In this document: positions 28,716 to 38,589 of the stretch, in pieces
Layout of the letters: each line of letters opens with the position of its first letter
How positions within the stretch are numbered: the first letter of the stretch is position 1
Origin: a virus
Lineage: Duplodnaviria > Caudoviricetes
Length of the DNA stretch: 64,000 bases
Virus record (IMG/VR): IMGVR_UViG_3300005200_000008
Location: 1 to 64,000 of that record
Reading direction: 5' to 3' (one strand)
Notes under the pieces: generated by a model
Database searches by the model: none
What the model was told of the DNA's origin: nothing
The model's input: the letters and a program-made list of their open reading frames with translations, nothing else
Translations under genes and position numbers: made by a program

Positions 28716-29803
28716 TACCTCATCCTTTTAGACGGCATCTCCGGCGCAACAGCCCCCTGTTTAAAGACTTCCGACAGCCTACAGAAGAAGTACGAAGATT
28801 TGAACGCCATGCCAAGATTTTTTTCAACATCGGCATAAACCGAAAATATCTGTGAAAGCCTGGGTTCCTGCTTTTCAAACTTTGCGTAATGCTCCGATTT
28901 CCAGTCAGCATCGGTAGTTTTTGTTCTGAGATATATCAAGCAGTCCATGAGAAACCGGTAAGACGAGAAAAAGAATTCCCTCGCGTCAAGTTTTTTTATT
29001 TCTTCAAAAACCTTCACGTCGCCCGTAGCCACGGAGAACATAATGTCGGCCAACTTGTTGAGGGAAATCAGCCCGAACTCGCGGCCTATATCCTCGGCGG
29101 TGTAAAACCCTCCGGCAAGGCAGCGCTCGAATATCTGAATCGACATTCGCACCGAACCCTCGGAGTTCTCCGCAATGGTAAAAAGCCCCTGTTCGACAAA
29201 AGCGTCGGGAACTTCGAGTTTCTTACGCTCGATTATATTAAAGAGGTTTGTGGCAATATCAGTAACACTAGGCGACCTGAACGTATAGAGCAGCCCCCTC
29301 GACCTTATCGACTTGTCAAATGCGTCGGGGTTCATGGTGCAAAGAATAATGTAAGTATCCAGGCGCTTCTTTTCCAAAAGTTTTAAGGTAATGCCCTTGC
29401 TTGTTTTTGAAAGTTCCTGAGCTTCGTCAATAATCATTACAGTTTTGCCACCGAACAGAGAAGCAGAACCGGCGGTATCTTCCAGTTCCAGCACCTGCTC
29501 TTTCGACATCCTGCTCGCATCAAAAAACGACGTATTCCTGCCGTACCTTTCAGACAGGATAGCCTTGCTTTCAGGGCTTTCAGGATTGGGATCGCAATGG
29601 GTAGCTTTTTTAATCGGCTGCGGGTCGTTTATTAAGGCGGCCACAATGTTGGCAAGCGTTGTTTTGCCGGTGCCTGATTCCCCGGCGAAAATCATTACCG
29701 AAGGAAAATCGCCGGTAAGCGACCTTTTCTTAAATTCGTTAATTATTCCTTTTTGGCCGCATATTTCGTCCAAAGAGAACGGCCTGTCGTTAATCGCAAT
29801 CAT
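28715..29803 (-). CDS. Clamp loader AAA+ ATPase (DnaX gamma/tau-like)
   Basis: RPFSLDEICGQ, GESGTGKT, IIDEAQEL, IRSR. Confidence 0.88.
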   Translation of the reverse strand: MIAINDRPFSLDEICGQKGIINEFKKRSLTGDFPSVMIFAGESGTGKTTLANIVAALINDPQPIKKATHCDPNPESPESKAILSERYGRNTSFFDASRMSKEQVLELEDTAGSASLFGGKTVMIIDEAQELSKTSKGITLKLLEKKRLDTYIILCTMNPDAFDKSIRSRGLLYTFRSPSVTDIATNLFNIIERKKLEVPDAFVEQGLFTIAENSEGSVRMSIQIFERCLAGGFYTAEDIGREFGLISLNKLADIMFSVATGDVKVFEEIKKLDAREFFFSSYRFLMDCLIYLRTKTTDADWKSEHYAKFEKQEPRLSQIFSVYADVEKNLGMAFKSSYFFCRLSEVFKQGAVAPEMPSKRMR

Positions 29804-29805
29804 TT

Positions 29806-30045
29806 TTATTTTTTCTCCGCTCGATCATTGATTTTTATTTGAATAAAATTAGTTAAATTATCCAAACCTATACTTATCATAACAAACATTAAACCTATCA
29901 AAGCGAGAGGCCACAATACGCACAACGGTTTTAATAATTCAAAATCTGAATTAAAAATATACACATTGCCTATCAAACTGATTCCTATATAGACAATCGA
30001 ACCAATAAACAAATAACCTAAAATAGAAAAAATAATTATCATCAT
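29806..30045 (-). CDS. Small membrane protein
   Basis: Two hydrophobic segments. Confidence 0.55.
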   Translation of the reverse strand: MMIIIFSILGYLFIGSIVYIGISLIGNVYIFNSDFELLKPLCVLWPLALIGLMFVMISIGLDNLTNFIQIKINDRAEKK

Positions 30046-30263
30046 TCCGCTACCTCTTTTAGTAATTCCGCAAGAGCGTTTTCATGGTATTTAACATTTT
30101 TTTCTGCCGATATTTCAGACATAGTTAGTCTCAGACCTTCATTCTTTTTTAAATTCCCCTTAGTCCTGCGTTCCAAATTATCTGCGATAACCTTTTTAAG
30201 ACGGCTTTTTGCGGCACTTAATAATCTACGTTCTCTTTTTATTTGCTCTTTAACATCAATCAT
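30042..30263 (-). CDS. Hypothetical protein
   Basis: 73 aa, overlapping neighbours. Confidence 0.55.
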   Translation of the reverse strand: MIDVKEQIKRERRLLSAAKSRLKKVIADNLERRTKGNLKKNEGLRLTMSEISAEKNVKYHENALAELLKEVAE

Positions 30264-30486
30264 TTTTTACCTCAAAACGATATCGACCTTTAACAAAACA
30301 AACCCTAAACTTTGTTAATTGCTGACCCGCCTTTTTACTATTGTCTGGATAAAAAATACTCCAAATAGTACCGTCATCATTAGGCTTCAAAATATACGGT
30401 TCGGAACTGCACCAGTACTTACCGATACATTCCGTAATCTTTTCAAGACTTGACGCGGAGCCTATTAACCGATATTCTTTGCTCAT
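30256..30486 (-). CDS. Hypothetical protein
   Basis: 76 aa. Confidence 0.55.
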   Translation of the reverse strand: MSKEYRLIGSASSLEKITECIGKYWCSSEPYILKPNDDGTIWSIFYPDNSKKAGQQLTKFRVCFVKGRYRFEVKND

Positions 30487-30896
30487 AATAATTTAAAATC
30501 CTTTGTCATCTCATCAATGACTTCCGCATCCCACGGGCCGATTGCTATACAAGTTATTGTCGGTTCATTAAAAACGGTAGTACCGTTATCTTTAATTAAT
30601 TTATAAGGTATTCCTTGAACTTTAGCCTTTTCTTCTAATACAAACAAATCGTCAACAGTTTGACATTTCAGTACAATCTTGGCAAAATCTCCCGAAAGCC
30701 ATTCATGTACCGGCAACGGAACATCCATTTCATAATGATACACGCCCCCACTATCAGTTCCATAGCCACGAGTGTTACTCATAAAAGTCAAAATCGCTCC
30801 CATAGAAGCGTGGGCGACTTGGGCCGCCGTCTTACCTTTCGGCATATTCAAATCGTTACGAACAATTATTGATTGCTTATATTTATACACGCCCAT
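30483..30896 (-). CDS. Peptidyl-tRNA hydrolase, Pth2 (archaeal/eukaryal type)
   Basis: KQSIIVRNDLNMPKGKTAAQVAHA...KIVLK...IKDNGTT...TCIAIGP. Confidence 0.9.
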   Translation of the reverse strand: MGVYKYKQSIIVRNDLNMPKGKTAAQVAHASMGAILTFMSNTRGYGTDSGGVYHYEMDVPLPVHEWLSGDFAKIVLKCQTVDDLFVLEEKAKVQGIPYKLIKDNGTTVFNEPTITCIAIGPWDAEVIDEMTKDFKLL

Positions 30897-30921
30897 ACCT
30901 ACACCCCTGAATATTTATAAT

Positions 30922-31161
30922 TCAAGCCAATAAATCTTTTATTTTATTAACTGCCGAATTTCCATAATTGTTTCTTAAAACATCAGCCATCGATTCTCCA
31001 TTGTCTTCATAATCCCCAAACTGCTCATGGAGCCAATCGTCAAATTTCCCCATGTCGATAATCGGCTTTTTCATAATCATCATCAGCATACCATCAAGAT
31101 AAGGATTAAGAGATATTCCAAACGTGTCATGGAAAAATTTATGAGCATTAACAAGCGTCAT
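30922..31161 (-). CDS. Hypothetical protein
   Basis: 79 aa. Confidence 0.55.
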   Translation of the reverse strand: MTLVNAHKFFHDTFGISLNPYLDGMLMMIMKKPIIDMGKFDDWLHEQFGDYEDNGESMADVLRNNYGNSAVNKIKDLLA

Positions 31162-31352
31162 TATTCATCCACCTTTACACGGTTATTCCATGCGGCGACT
31201 GCTTCCTCTTTTGTTTTATAATGCCCACTACTGGATTTACATTTCTGACAAAAAACCCAATGAGTATCAAACGATGTATCACGAGTAACTATTACATTAT
31301 CCCCATCCCCACCGCAAAACGGGCAGGACTTTAATTCTTTATTATCCGTCAT
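31161..31352 (-). CDS. Lar-like (restriction alleviation) Zn-finger protein
   Basis: ELKSCPFCGG...CQKC...EEAVAAWNNR. Confidence 0.75.
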   Translation of the reverse strand: MTDNKELKSCPFCGGDGDNVIVTRDTSFDTHWVFCQKCKSSSGHYKTKEEAVAAWNNRVKVDE

Positions 31353-31650
31353 TTTCCAACCTCAAAAGCCTGTCAAGTTCGGCGGCGATTAACGCACCCG
31401 CTTTTTCAAGTTCGCGGATGCGGTTATCTGGCGTAGGTTTCCACCATTGACTTTCCCAGGGCCATAACATTTTAACAAAGTCAATATTTATGGCATTTTT
31501 CCATAAATGGAAATCTCTTTCTGGCAAAGCATAACAAGCGGCGGCATATGCTAATGCTCCGGTGCCAAAATTATCATCATGCTTCGCCGTCCAGCCTTCT
31601 TCCTCAATCTGTCGTTGCCGTTCTGCGGCTATAAGTTCGACCCCTGTCAT
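31342..31650 (-). CDS. Conserved phage hypothetical protein
   Basis: IAAERQRQIEEEGWTAKHDD...WPW..QWWKP...LEKAGALIAAELDRL. Confidence 0.75.
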   Translation of the reverse strand: MTGVELIAAERQRQIEEEGWTAKHDDNFGTGALAYAAACYALPERDFHLWKNAINIDFVKMLWPWESQWWKPTPDNRIRELEKAGALIAAELDRLLRLENDG

Positions 31651-31673
31651 AATTATCCTCGTTTATCCTTCGC

Positions 31674-32045
31674 TTATTCTTTCAAGTGCAAAGATATAAC
31701 AAGCTGATCTTTTATAACTCCGGTAAGCACTGTCCTAAATGCTTCTTCCGCAGTTCGTTGATTTGTCCAAGGGTCTGCAACACACTTTTTCGCACTGTCC
31801 ACCGCCAAGTCATGCAAATCAATGCCGCGCAATTCTTTTTCTACGGTTTCCTTGATTGCCTGCATTGTCCATTCTTTGATATCCTCACGGGTTATACCCA
31901 ATTCATTGACCATGAAATTGCGGAATATTTTATATTTGTTATCACTCATTTTAATCTCCCTCTGCCCGACCGGAGGCGCAGGAGACGGCGCTGCCGGTCT
32001 TTTATCTATAGGTCTCGGCTGCGGCTGTTTCCTGTTATCACCCAT
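31674..32045 (-). CDS. Hypothetical protein (second in-frame RBS/ATG at 31949)
   Basis: AGGAG before 32045; GGGAG before internal MSDNKY. Confidence 0.55.
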   Translation of the reverse strand: MGDNRKQPQPRPIDKRPAAPSPAPPVGQREIKMSDNKYKIFRNFMVNELGITREDIKEWTMQAIKETVEKELRGIDLHDLAVDSAKKCVADPWTNQRTAEEAFRTVLTGVIKDQLVISLHLKE

Positions 32046-32129
32046 AATAAATCTCCTAAAATACGGCATACTTCAAAGTACCCCCGGTATGCCAGCGGAA
32101 GGAGGCGCGTGAACAATCGCGCTGGTACT

Positions 32130-33080
32130 TTAAGCAACCAACTTGGAAAATACTTTATTGATCCTCTGGCTGTCGGTTATGAACTTTGCCGAATGGGGGC
32201 TTTCAAGCGAAGCGGAATTCGTAAACAGGTTGTACACGTCCCACAACTGCGTATCGTCAACGACATTGACGGACGTGCTGATATATTCGGGCTTCAAGTC
32301 GGGTTCTTCAAGAAGCACGGCCTTTAGCGGCGGTTCTTTTTTGCCTTCGATTTCTTTGGTGATTTCGACTTTGCCGTCTTTTTCTAGGGCGGCAAGAACC
32401 CTCTTGCGGAGGGAAAGGGAGAACGCCTTTACGGAGAATATGTCCTTGTACCGTTCGGAAAGCGACACCTTATCCAAGTCGCGGTACATCGCGGAGATAT
32501 TTTCCAAATCGTCCAGCACCTTCGCAATCTGGGCGCTGATGCCGGTCTGCTGCAAACGCGACCAGTTATGGCAGTTCATTCTAAAACCCGAAACGCCCCC
32601 CGCCTGAACAATCGCTCCGTTGGAGCATACAAACCGGTACGTGCCGACATGGAGTTCCAGCGCCGGCCGCCAGCCGTTGTAACTCGCCCTCATAATGAGC
32701 ATGGGCGAAATGCTCTTGCCGTCGGGCGCGTTGACCTCGACACCGAGCATATACTGTTGGAAAAGCGCCTTCGACTTTGTTTCGATTTCCGAGCGGAAAA
32801 GTTTGTAATCAACATCCACCGCGTCAAGTTGGGTATTAACCCAATCCATCGCGTCAGGATAGGGAATGAACGGACGGTTGGCGTTGACCTCGCCCAAGCG
32901 GGTAAAATCCTTATCGCCCGGCATTTTGCAGGAAATCAATTTAAACTTTGAAGACAACCCGTTTTCGTCGGAGTGCAGATCTTCCCGCTTCACCTCGAAA
33001 GCGCACTTAGCCTTTTCCTCGGCGAAATCCAGTTCTTTAACATCAGACCATGACAATATCGACATAGCATACCTCCACAT
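32130..33080 (-). CDS. DUF932-like protein
   Basis: LIMRASYNG...GTYRFVCSNGAI. Confidence 0.65.
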   Translation of the reverse strand: MWRYAMSILSWSDVKELDFAEEKAKCAFEVKREDLHSDENGLSSKFKLISCKMPGDKDFTRLGEVNANRPFIPYPDAMDWVNTQLDAVDVDYKLFRSEIETKSKALFQQYMLGVEVNAPDGKSISPMLIMRASYNGWRPALELHVGTYRFVCSNGAIVQAGGVSGFRMNCHNWSRLQQTGISAQIAKVLDDLENISAMYRDLDKVSLSERYKDIFSVKAFSLSLRKRVLAALEKDGKVEITKEIEGKKEPPLKAVLLEEPDLKPEYISTSVNVVDDTQLWDVYNLFTNSASLESPHSAKFITDSQRINKVFSKLVA

Positions 33081-33126
33081 TTTACAAGCCCTTCTCCAGG
33101 GAAAGGCACAATTCCTTATACTAAAG

Positions 33127-33153
33127 ACTTCCGATTAAGAACCGGATAAGCTC
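33127..33153 (-). promoter_or_regulatory. Bipartite phage promoter GAGCT-N15-CGGAAGT
   Basis: Exact spacing. Confidence 0.65.
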
Positions 33154-34133
33154 AAAGAAGGGTTGGATTTTTTAGAGAACAAACCAACATCGTCTATCAA
33201 AAACTCGTTAAAAGGCCGGGAATTCCCGATAGCCTGAATAAGTTCCTGCCTCGTGCCGTCCCCGGGGTCTTTACCGGGGATAACGGCTACCCTGAAATCG
33301 CCGGGATAGAATTCTTCAAACGCCTTTATCGGCTTCCTGCCAGCTTCGTCATCGTCAATAAACAAAATAATATCGTCGAACTCTTTAAGCATTTCTTTTT
33401 GGCGTTCTCTCATGTTTATGCCGAACGTGCAAGTAACATTCGCGGTCACCCACTGCCATATTTTATGAACATCCATAACGCCCTCAACCACAATAAGGGT
33501 TTCGTTCATATTCAAATTATCACGGTTAAAAATAAAATCTACGGAAGTATCTATCGGGTATAAAACTTTTTTCGACTGTTCCCGCGTATAATCCCTGCCT
33601 TCAACAGCCTTTACAAGCCCTTCGTCTTTATACGGTATTACAAGCCGCTCGCTCCAGGGAACGCCGTTGACCCTGCCGTTTACCAGCGCTTTGAATTCAA
33701 ACACGTCGATAAAACTGTCTTCAATGCTTCTGGAATCGCAGTATTCCTTCGCCTTCGGAACATCGCACACGGGCAAGAGTTCGCCGTCAATGTCAACAAG
33801 CGTGTCCTGGCTTAAACTTTGGGATTTATTCTTCTGCCGGTTTTGCAGAACCTTTATCGCCACGTCATGCTGAGGATTGAACATCGTCAGCGACAGGCTT
33901 AATTTGCCGTCCCATTCGGCATTCGTTAAATCTTTGTAAAAATGCGGGAACGACCGTTCCGTCGCGCAGGAAAAACATTTGAAATATCCGTTATCTTTGT
34001 AAATAACCGCCGAAGGGTTTCGGTCGTCGTGGTACGGGCATTTTAACTGGAGATATTTACCGGCAACCCTGTACTTTACGCCTGAAGCATGGAGAAGCAT
34101 TTTAATTTCTTCAAGTTCAGGGTTGCGGTACAT
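33135..34133 (-). CDS. DNA primase (Zn finger + TOPRIM)
   Basis: CPYHDDRNPS..FKCFSC; VVEGVMD; FIDDDEAG. Confidence 0.9.
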   Translation of the reverse strand: MYRNPELEEIKMLLHASGVKYRVAGKYLQLKCPYHDDRNPSAVIYKDNGYFKCFSCATERSFPHFYKDLTNAEWDGKLSLSLTMFNPQHDVAIKVLQNRQKNKSQSLSQDTLVDIDGELLPVCDVPKAKEYCDSRSIEDSFIDVFEFKALVNGRVNGVPWSERLVIPYKDEGLVKAVEGRDYTREQSKKVLYPIDTSVDFIFNRDNLNMNETLIVVEGVMDVHKIWQWVTANVTCTFGINMRERQKEMLKEFDDIILFIDDDEAGRKPIKAFEEFYPGDFRVAVIPGKDPGDGTRQELIQAIGNSRPFNEFLIDDVGLFSKKSNPSLSLSGS

Positions 34134-34135
34134 TC

Positions 34136-34438
34136 TTAATGTTTATTTTCCGGCATATCCAGTTTGCCGGCGCCCTTGCCGCTCGGCGCTTTCACGTCCT
34201 TGGGCGTAACATGGTCTTCAATAACTTCGAGACGGCCTTCGTCATACCAGCCGGAACCGTTGTCATCTTTCTTGTTTTTGTCGTCTACCTTAGCCATAAG
34301 GCAGACGGTGTTACAGCCGTAAAGATGAACGGCAACGGCAGTCGCAACGCCCACAAACTCCGTAACCTTGTCACGGCACAACTTTCCGAGAAGCGAACAA
34401 TCAACCTCCCGAACGTCCTTTTTCTTACCGACACTCAT
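34136..34438 (-). CDS. Hypothetical protein
   Basis: 100 aa; LGKLCRDKVTEFVGVATA..GC pattern. Confidence 0.65.
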   Translation of the reverse strand: MSVGKKKDVREVDCSLLGKLCRDKVTEFVGVATAVAVHLYGCNTVCLMAKVDDKNKKDDNGSGWYDEGRLEVIEDHVTPKDVKAPSGKGAGKLDMPENKH

Positions 34439-34483
34439 TTTCTTCTCCTTCCAAAAAATATAAGCAACCCGCAGGGTCTTGCT

Positions 34484-34855
34484 TTATAAATCAGTCCTTA
34501 CGGCTTTCAATTTTCTTGAAACCTTGGACAAGCCGGATTCAATATCGCTCAAATCGAATTTTTTAAATAATTTTTCGACATCGCAAACCGCATCTTTAAC
34601 CGTTTTTCTGAAAGTCTCGATTTCTTCTGAAAAATTCTTAATTGTTTGCTCGGCATCATCGATAACATCGTTGAAATCTTCCTTGGCCTCGTCTATGCTT
34701 TCTATAATTTTCATTTCGTCAAGGAAATCGTTATACTCGCGGTTGATGACTTCCAAAATAAAATCTTCAAGTTCGCTTTTATCAATTTTGTGTTTTTTCG
34801 CAAAGCACTCCGTTTCGTACATATTCAAACTGTTAATCCGATTTATCTTATCCAT
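34484..34855 (-). CDS. Hypothetical coiled-coil protein
   Basis: 123 aa, GGAG RBS. Confidence 0.65.
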   Translation of the reverse strand: MDKINRINSLNMYETECFAKKHKIDKSELEDFILEVINREYNDFLDEMKIIESIDEAKEDFNDVIDDAEQTIKNFSEEIETFRKTVKDAVCDVEKLFKKFDLSDIESGLSKVSRKLKAVRTDL

Positions 34856-35069
34856 GCACAGGCTCCTTATACGAACATTCGACAGTCCCAGACCAGCCGC
34901 CGCGTTTTGTATTGGTTGTTTTGCGGTTGAACTGGCATTTTCCGCATACGACCGAACCTACCTTTACGGGCTTGTCAGCTCCGCAACCGTAAGGGCAGGA
35001 AGTACTTAAACCGTATTTATTCCTTCTGTAAGAAATTATCCTGTTGTAGGGAATTACCGTGCTTTTCAT
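34848..35069 (-). CDS. Hypothetical protein; probable true start 35103 separated by a C10 frameshift
   Basis: CPYGC...CGKC; no RBS before 35069. Confidence 0.5.
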   Translation of the reverse strand: MKSTVIPYNRIISYRRNKYGLSTSCPYGCGADKPVKVGSVVCGKCQFNRKTTNTKRGGWSGTVECSYKEPVHG

Positions 35070-35095
35070 AACTTTGCGGGGGGGGGGTAATTGGG

Positions 35096-35545
35096 TTACT
35101 CATCCTTTTTATCACCCTTTTCGCCGGAGATTTTTTCTTCCAAGACTTCCCCATCCGCATAATCGGAGACGTTAATACGTGTTTCTTCAACCGGCTTGAC
35201 AAGTCTTGAATGGCTGTTCAAATCAGGACGGAATTCGACATGCTCCGCGACTATCAGAATTTTTGACTGCGGTTTTCCGTCTTCGCCGTTGAAGCGATCC
35301 TGCCGAAGCCTGCCGACTACGCGAAGCCCTTGACCTTTTTTCCCTCTGCCATGACAGGATTCTCCCATTTTACCCCAGACTTCTACGGTGAAAAAAGAAA
35401 CTTCTCTTTCAATAACGTCTCCGATTCTAAAATAACGGTTCGAGGCTACCCTTAATTCACAGACAGAATTGCCTTTCGGAGTGGTGCGAATTTGCGGGTC
35501 TCTTACTAAATTACCCTCGATTAGGACACTATTCAAATTGTTCAT
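35096..35545 (-). CDS. ssb: Single-stranded DNA-binding protein (OB fold, spirochaete-like)
   Basis: NSVLIEGNLVRDP..RTTPKG...ASNR...FFTVEVWG...VRVVGRLRQDR..IVAEHVEF. Confidence 0.92.
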   Translation of the reverse strand: MNNLNSVLIEGNLVRDPQIRTTPKGNSVCELRVASNRYFRIGDVIEREVSFFTVEVWGKMGESCHGRGKKGQGLRVVGRLRQDRFNGEDGKPQSKILIVAEHVEFRPDLNSHSRLVKPVEETRINVSDYADGEVLEEKISGEKGDKKDE

Positions 35546-36174
35546 TCCACATCTCCCATTTCAAATACCAACGGGCATTCCTTACGGCACTGCTCGTACA
35601 AAGGTATCATCAGCCTCCGCATATCGGGATGGGCCGCCTTGCTGATAGCCCTCAGCCTGAATATGTGCCGCCATTCCCTAAAGTTCGCTTTAACGACAAT
35701 CTCCGTTTTTACGCAGTTTGGAAGTACTGATCTGGCCATTTGTGGCGTCCAGTTATTTGTCTTTAACAAATGGAGATAAAACTCTTCTGCATTACGACAA
35801 CTTTCCTCCCATACCCCGCCGCTCGGAAGATCACCGCCAGGCTGAATAAACGTTAATTCATTGCCGAATTTATCCTGACTGTAATTGCAGTACCTTGTGC
35901 TTTCCTGCACGAAGGAACAAAGCCGGTGCCTTACAATTTCATGGGTAATTCCGCGATCCGTAACAAGCCTCACCGTCATGGAACCGAATTCAATAACTGC
36001 TTCGTGACCGCGCCCGATAATCATTTTTATAAACTTCTCATAACTGTCAAGGGTCATATGATCTTCGCTTTTATACGCGGTACGGCCGGCTTCTTCAATA
36101 AGCCGGCATTCATTACGCCATTCTTCTTCCGTGGCAGGAAACAGTATTTTATGGCTTTGCTTGACAATCTTCAT
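35542..36174 (-). CDS. thyX: Flavin-dependent thymidylate synthase
   Basis: GHEAVIE; HEIVRHRLCSFVQESTRY; ARSVLPN; AAHPDMR. Confidence 0.95.
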   Translation of the reverse strand: MKIVKQSHKILFPATEEEWRNECRLIEEAGRTAYKSEDHMTLDSYEKFIKMIIGRGHEAVIEFGSMTVRLVTDRGITHEIVRHRLCSFVQESTRYCNYSQDKFGNELTFIQPGGDLPSGGVWEESCRNAEEFYLHLLKTNNWTPQMARSVLPNCVKTEIVVKANFREWRHIFRLRAISKAAHPDMRRLMIPLYEQCRKECPLVFEMGDVE

Positions 36175-36241
36175 AATTTAACTCCCTTTGCTATCTAAAT
36201 AATAACTTCCGGCTCTCGCCCTTAATTTTCAATTTATTTGA

Positions 36242-36481
36242 TTAAATCCCAACGTACAGGACGAAGCCGGCAACCGGGTATCCATATTTTTTTCGGTGCA
36301 TCATATACCTGAATTTTTTGTATTCCTCATATGCGGGTTTTGATAATTTATACCATGACGATTTTGAAATACTGTCTTGTTCCAAAACCTCCCTGTATAA
36401 ATTTGGATAGTGTTTTTTCGCCATTCTATGAATATCGTCGTTGAATATTATTTGCACCGAACAAGTTTTTTTCTCTTTCAT
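36242..36481 (-). CDS. Hypothetical protein
   Basis: 79 aa, coupled to SbcC-like gene. Confidence 0.55.
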   Translation of the reverse strand: MKEKKTCSVQIIFNDDIHRMAKKHYPNLYREVLEQDSISKSSWYKLSKPAYEEYKKFRYMMHRKKYGYPVAGFVLYVGI

Positions 36482-38589
36482 GCAGCAACCCCTCCCGTAA
36501 ACGTGAGAACTTGGGCGCCGAATTCGTTTTCAAGAAGTTCCCGCGTCTGCTCCTTATGGCTTACAATCAAAATTTGATCAAACAGTTTCAGACTGTCGCC
36601 GACGGTCTGATAAAACAGCATGGAATTCTTTTGGCTCGCGGCTGAATCCACTTCGTCCATCATTAAAGTTCGATTGTTTTGTACCCTGGACAAAGCCCAT
36701 TTCCACGCCAAAGAAAATATGGATTTCTCGTACCCCGATGCCATGCCAGCGTCCATGCCTTTCGGCCCGTAAACCATGCGCAGGGCGTTTTTCTTGTCTT
36801 CCAGTTTCACGGTATACCGGCCGCTGTAGGTTTTACGCAGGAAGTCGTTCATCGACGTTTCCAAATCCTTGACGATTTTCGATATAACAAAAACAGGGAA
36901 TTCGTTTTTAAGTATTTTAACGCAGGATTCCAATTCAGCGACCTCACGGGACACTTCCTGCAATTCAGTATCGAGACGTTTTATTTCCGTTTCATCGGTC
37001 TTCTTTTGCTTTGCGGTTTGTTCGTTCTGCTTAATAGCGGTTTCGCGCTCAGTCCTTACATCCTGATAATTGTCAATTTTCGATTTATTTTCTTTTGCAA
37101 GGGCTTGAACCTTCTCCAGTTTCCCCGCAGGATTTTCCACGGTAACAGCCTTCGCTTTATTCAACAAATCTTCTGTCTTGGCAAGGGAATTTCTTTTTTC
37201 TTCCAACAGGCTTTCCAGAATGGCAATTTCAGACTTTCCGGCTTCCGTCAGTTTTTTAAGATTTTCCGTTTCGCCGGAAAGCGCCGATTTCAAAGACTCC
37301 ACCGAAGCCCTAGTCTCGCGCAAGTCGGATTCATAATTTTGCGCCATCAATTCCCGCTCATGGATAAGTTTTGTTTTTCGGTCTTTATTTTCCTGATTGG
37401 TTTTGCTCAACTGGTTTATGCGTTCAGCCTCTTTTTCCAATACAAGTATGGACGCATATAACTCATTTTCCCTAACCGCATATTTATCCAGTTCCTTCTT
37501 CCGTTCCGCAACGGCAGCCTCGTCCTGGGGAAGTTTCTGACCGCAGGTCGGGCATACGTCGGAAACGGACAGTTCTTTTATTTTTCCCTTCACCACGCCC
37601 AATTCGGTTTTCGCTTTATTAAACGAATCCTGATCAAATTCAGGAACCCGCACAATTTTAATTTCGGCTATCTGCGCATCTTTGGCGGCAAGGCAGGTTG
37701 TTTTATTTGCCTCAATCAATTTTATTTCTTTTTCACCGGAATCAATCTCGATTTCCAACAGTACCGTTCGCTTTTTGCTTTCCAACGGCAGGGACTCCAG
37801 CGATTTCTTTTTTTCTTCGACCTGTTTACCGCACTGGTCTATTTCTTTTCTTGTTTTGTCTGCCTGAACGGTCAAATCGCCGACGGTCTTTATCGCGGTT
37901 TCATACTGCTCTTGCTCGGCTTTTAATTTTCCGATCTGCTCCATATTGGCAGAATACGCCGCCTGTAGCGCGTCGTATTCTTTTTCAGTCATAGGCAGTT
38001 CGGGAACGGGGGCATCTTCATATTTCTTACTGCGCAAAATATTCAACTGCGTATTCAGCGCTGTTGTTTTTTTGCCGAGGGCGGCAAGGCTGTCGGCGAT
38101 ATTCTGCTGTTGGTTCTTGAATTCCAAATCGTATATCCGTTTCAGGTATTCCCGGCGGTCTGCCGGTTTAACGGTAACGACATCGATCTGCTGTTCAAGC
38201 GAAAGCATCGCCGCTTTAATGAGTTCCTGATCGAATATCTTTTTAAGGTAATCCTTCGCTTCCTGACCGACGCGCACGTTATCGGGTGCCGACTTGTCAA
38301 TAATCTGGCGTTCGGCTGTTTTAGAGCGCACGTTATATTTCACGGTAACGTTGTACTGACGGCCTAAATGCTCGAAGTCAATATTTATTTCAAATTCATC
38401 GGCGTTCCAGTTTACATAATCGACCAGGGAACCTTCATAGGAATCAAACAAGGCAAGGACAATCGCCTTGAATACGGTTGATTTTCCGTTTCCGTTCTCC
38501 CCGGAAAGAATAAAAATGCCCTTCCCGAACCGGCGGTCAAAACTGCTGATACAGCCGAAGTTTTTGAGTTTGATATTATTAATTATCAT
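36478..38589 (-). CDS. SbcC/Rad50 (gp46)-like SMC ATPase
   Basis: GENGNGKS, coiled coils, CPTCGQ zinc hook, ASGYEK, MMDEV. Confidence 0.92.
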   Translation of the reverse strand: MIINNIKLKNFGCISSFDRRFGKGIFILSGENGNGKSTVFKAIVLALFDSYEGSLVDYVNWNADEFEINIDFEHLGRQYNVTVKYNVRSKTAERQIIDKSAPDNVRVGQEAKDYLKKIFDQELIKAAMLSLEQQIDVVTVKPADRREYLKRIYDLEFKNQQQNIADSLAALGKKTTALNTQLNILRSKKYEDAPVPELPMTEKEYDALQAAYSANMEQIGKLKAEQEQYETAIKTVGDLTVQADKTRKEIDQCGKQVEEKKKSLESLPLESKKRTVLLEIEIDSGEKEIKLIEANKTTCLAAKDAQIAEIKIVRVPEFDQDSFNKAKTELGVVKGKIKELSVSDVCPTCGQKLPQDEAAVAERKKELDKYAVRENELYASILVLEKEAERINQLSKTNQENKDRKTKLIHERELMAQNYESDLRETRASVESLKSALSGETENLKKLTEAGKSEIAILESLLEEKRNSLAKTEDLLNKAKAVTVENPAGKLEKVQALAKENKSKIDNYQDVRTERETAIKQNEQTAKQKKTDETEIKRLDTELQEVSREVAELESCVKILKNEFPVFVISKIVKDLETSMNDFLRKTYSGRYTVKLEDKKNALRMVYGPKGMDAGMASGYEKSIFSLAWKWALSRVQNNRTLMMDEVDSAASQKNSMLFYQTVGDSLKLFDQILIVSHKEQTRELLENEFGAQVLTFTGGVAA

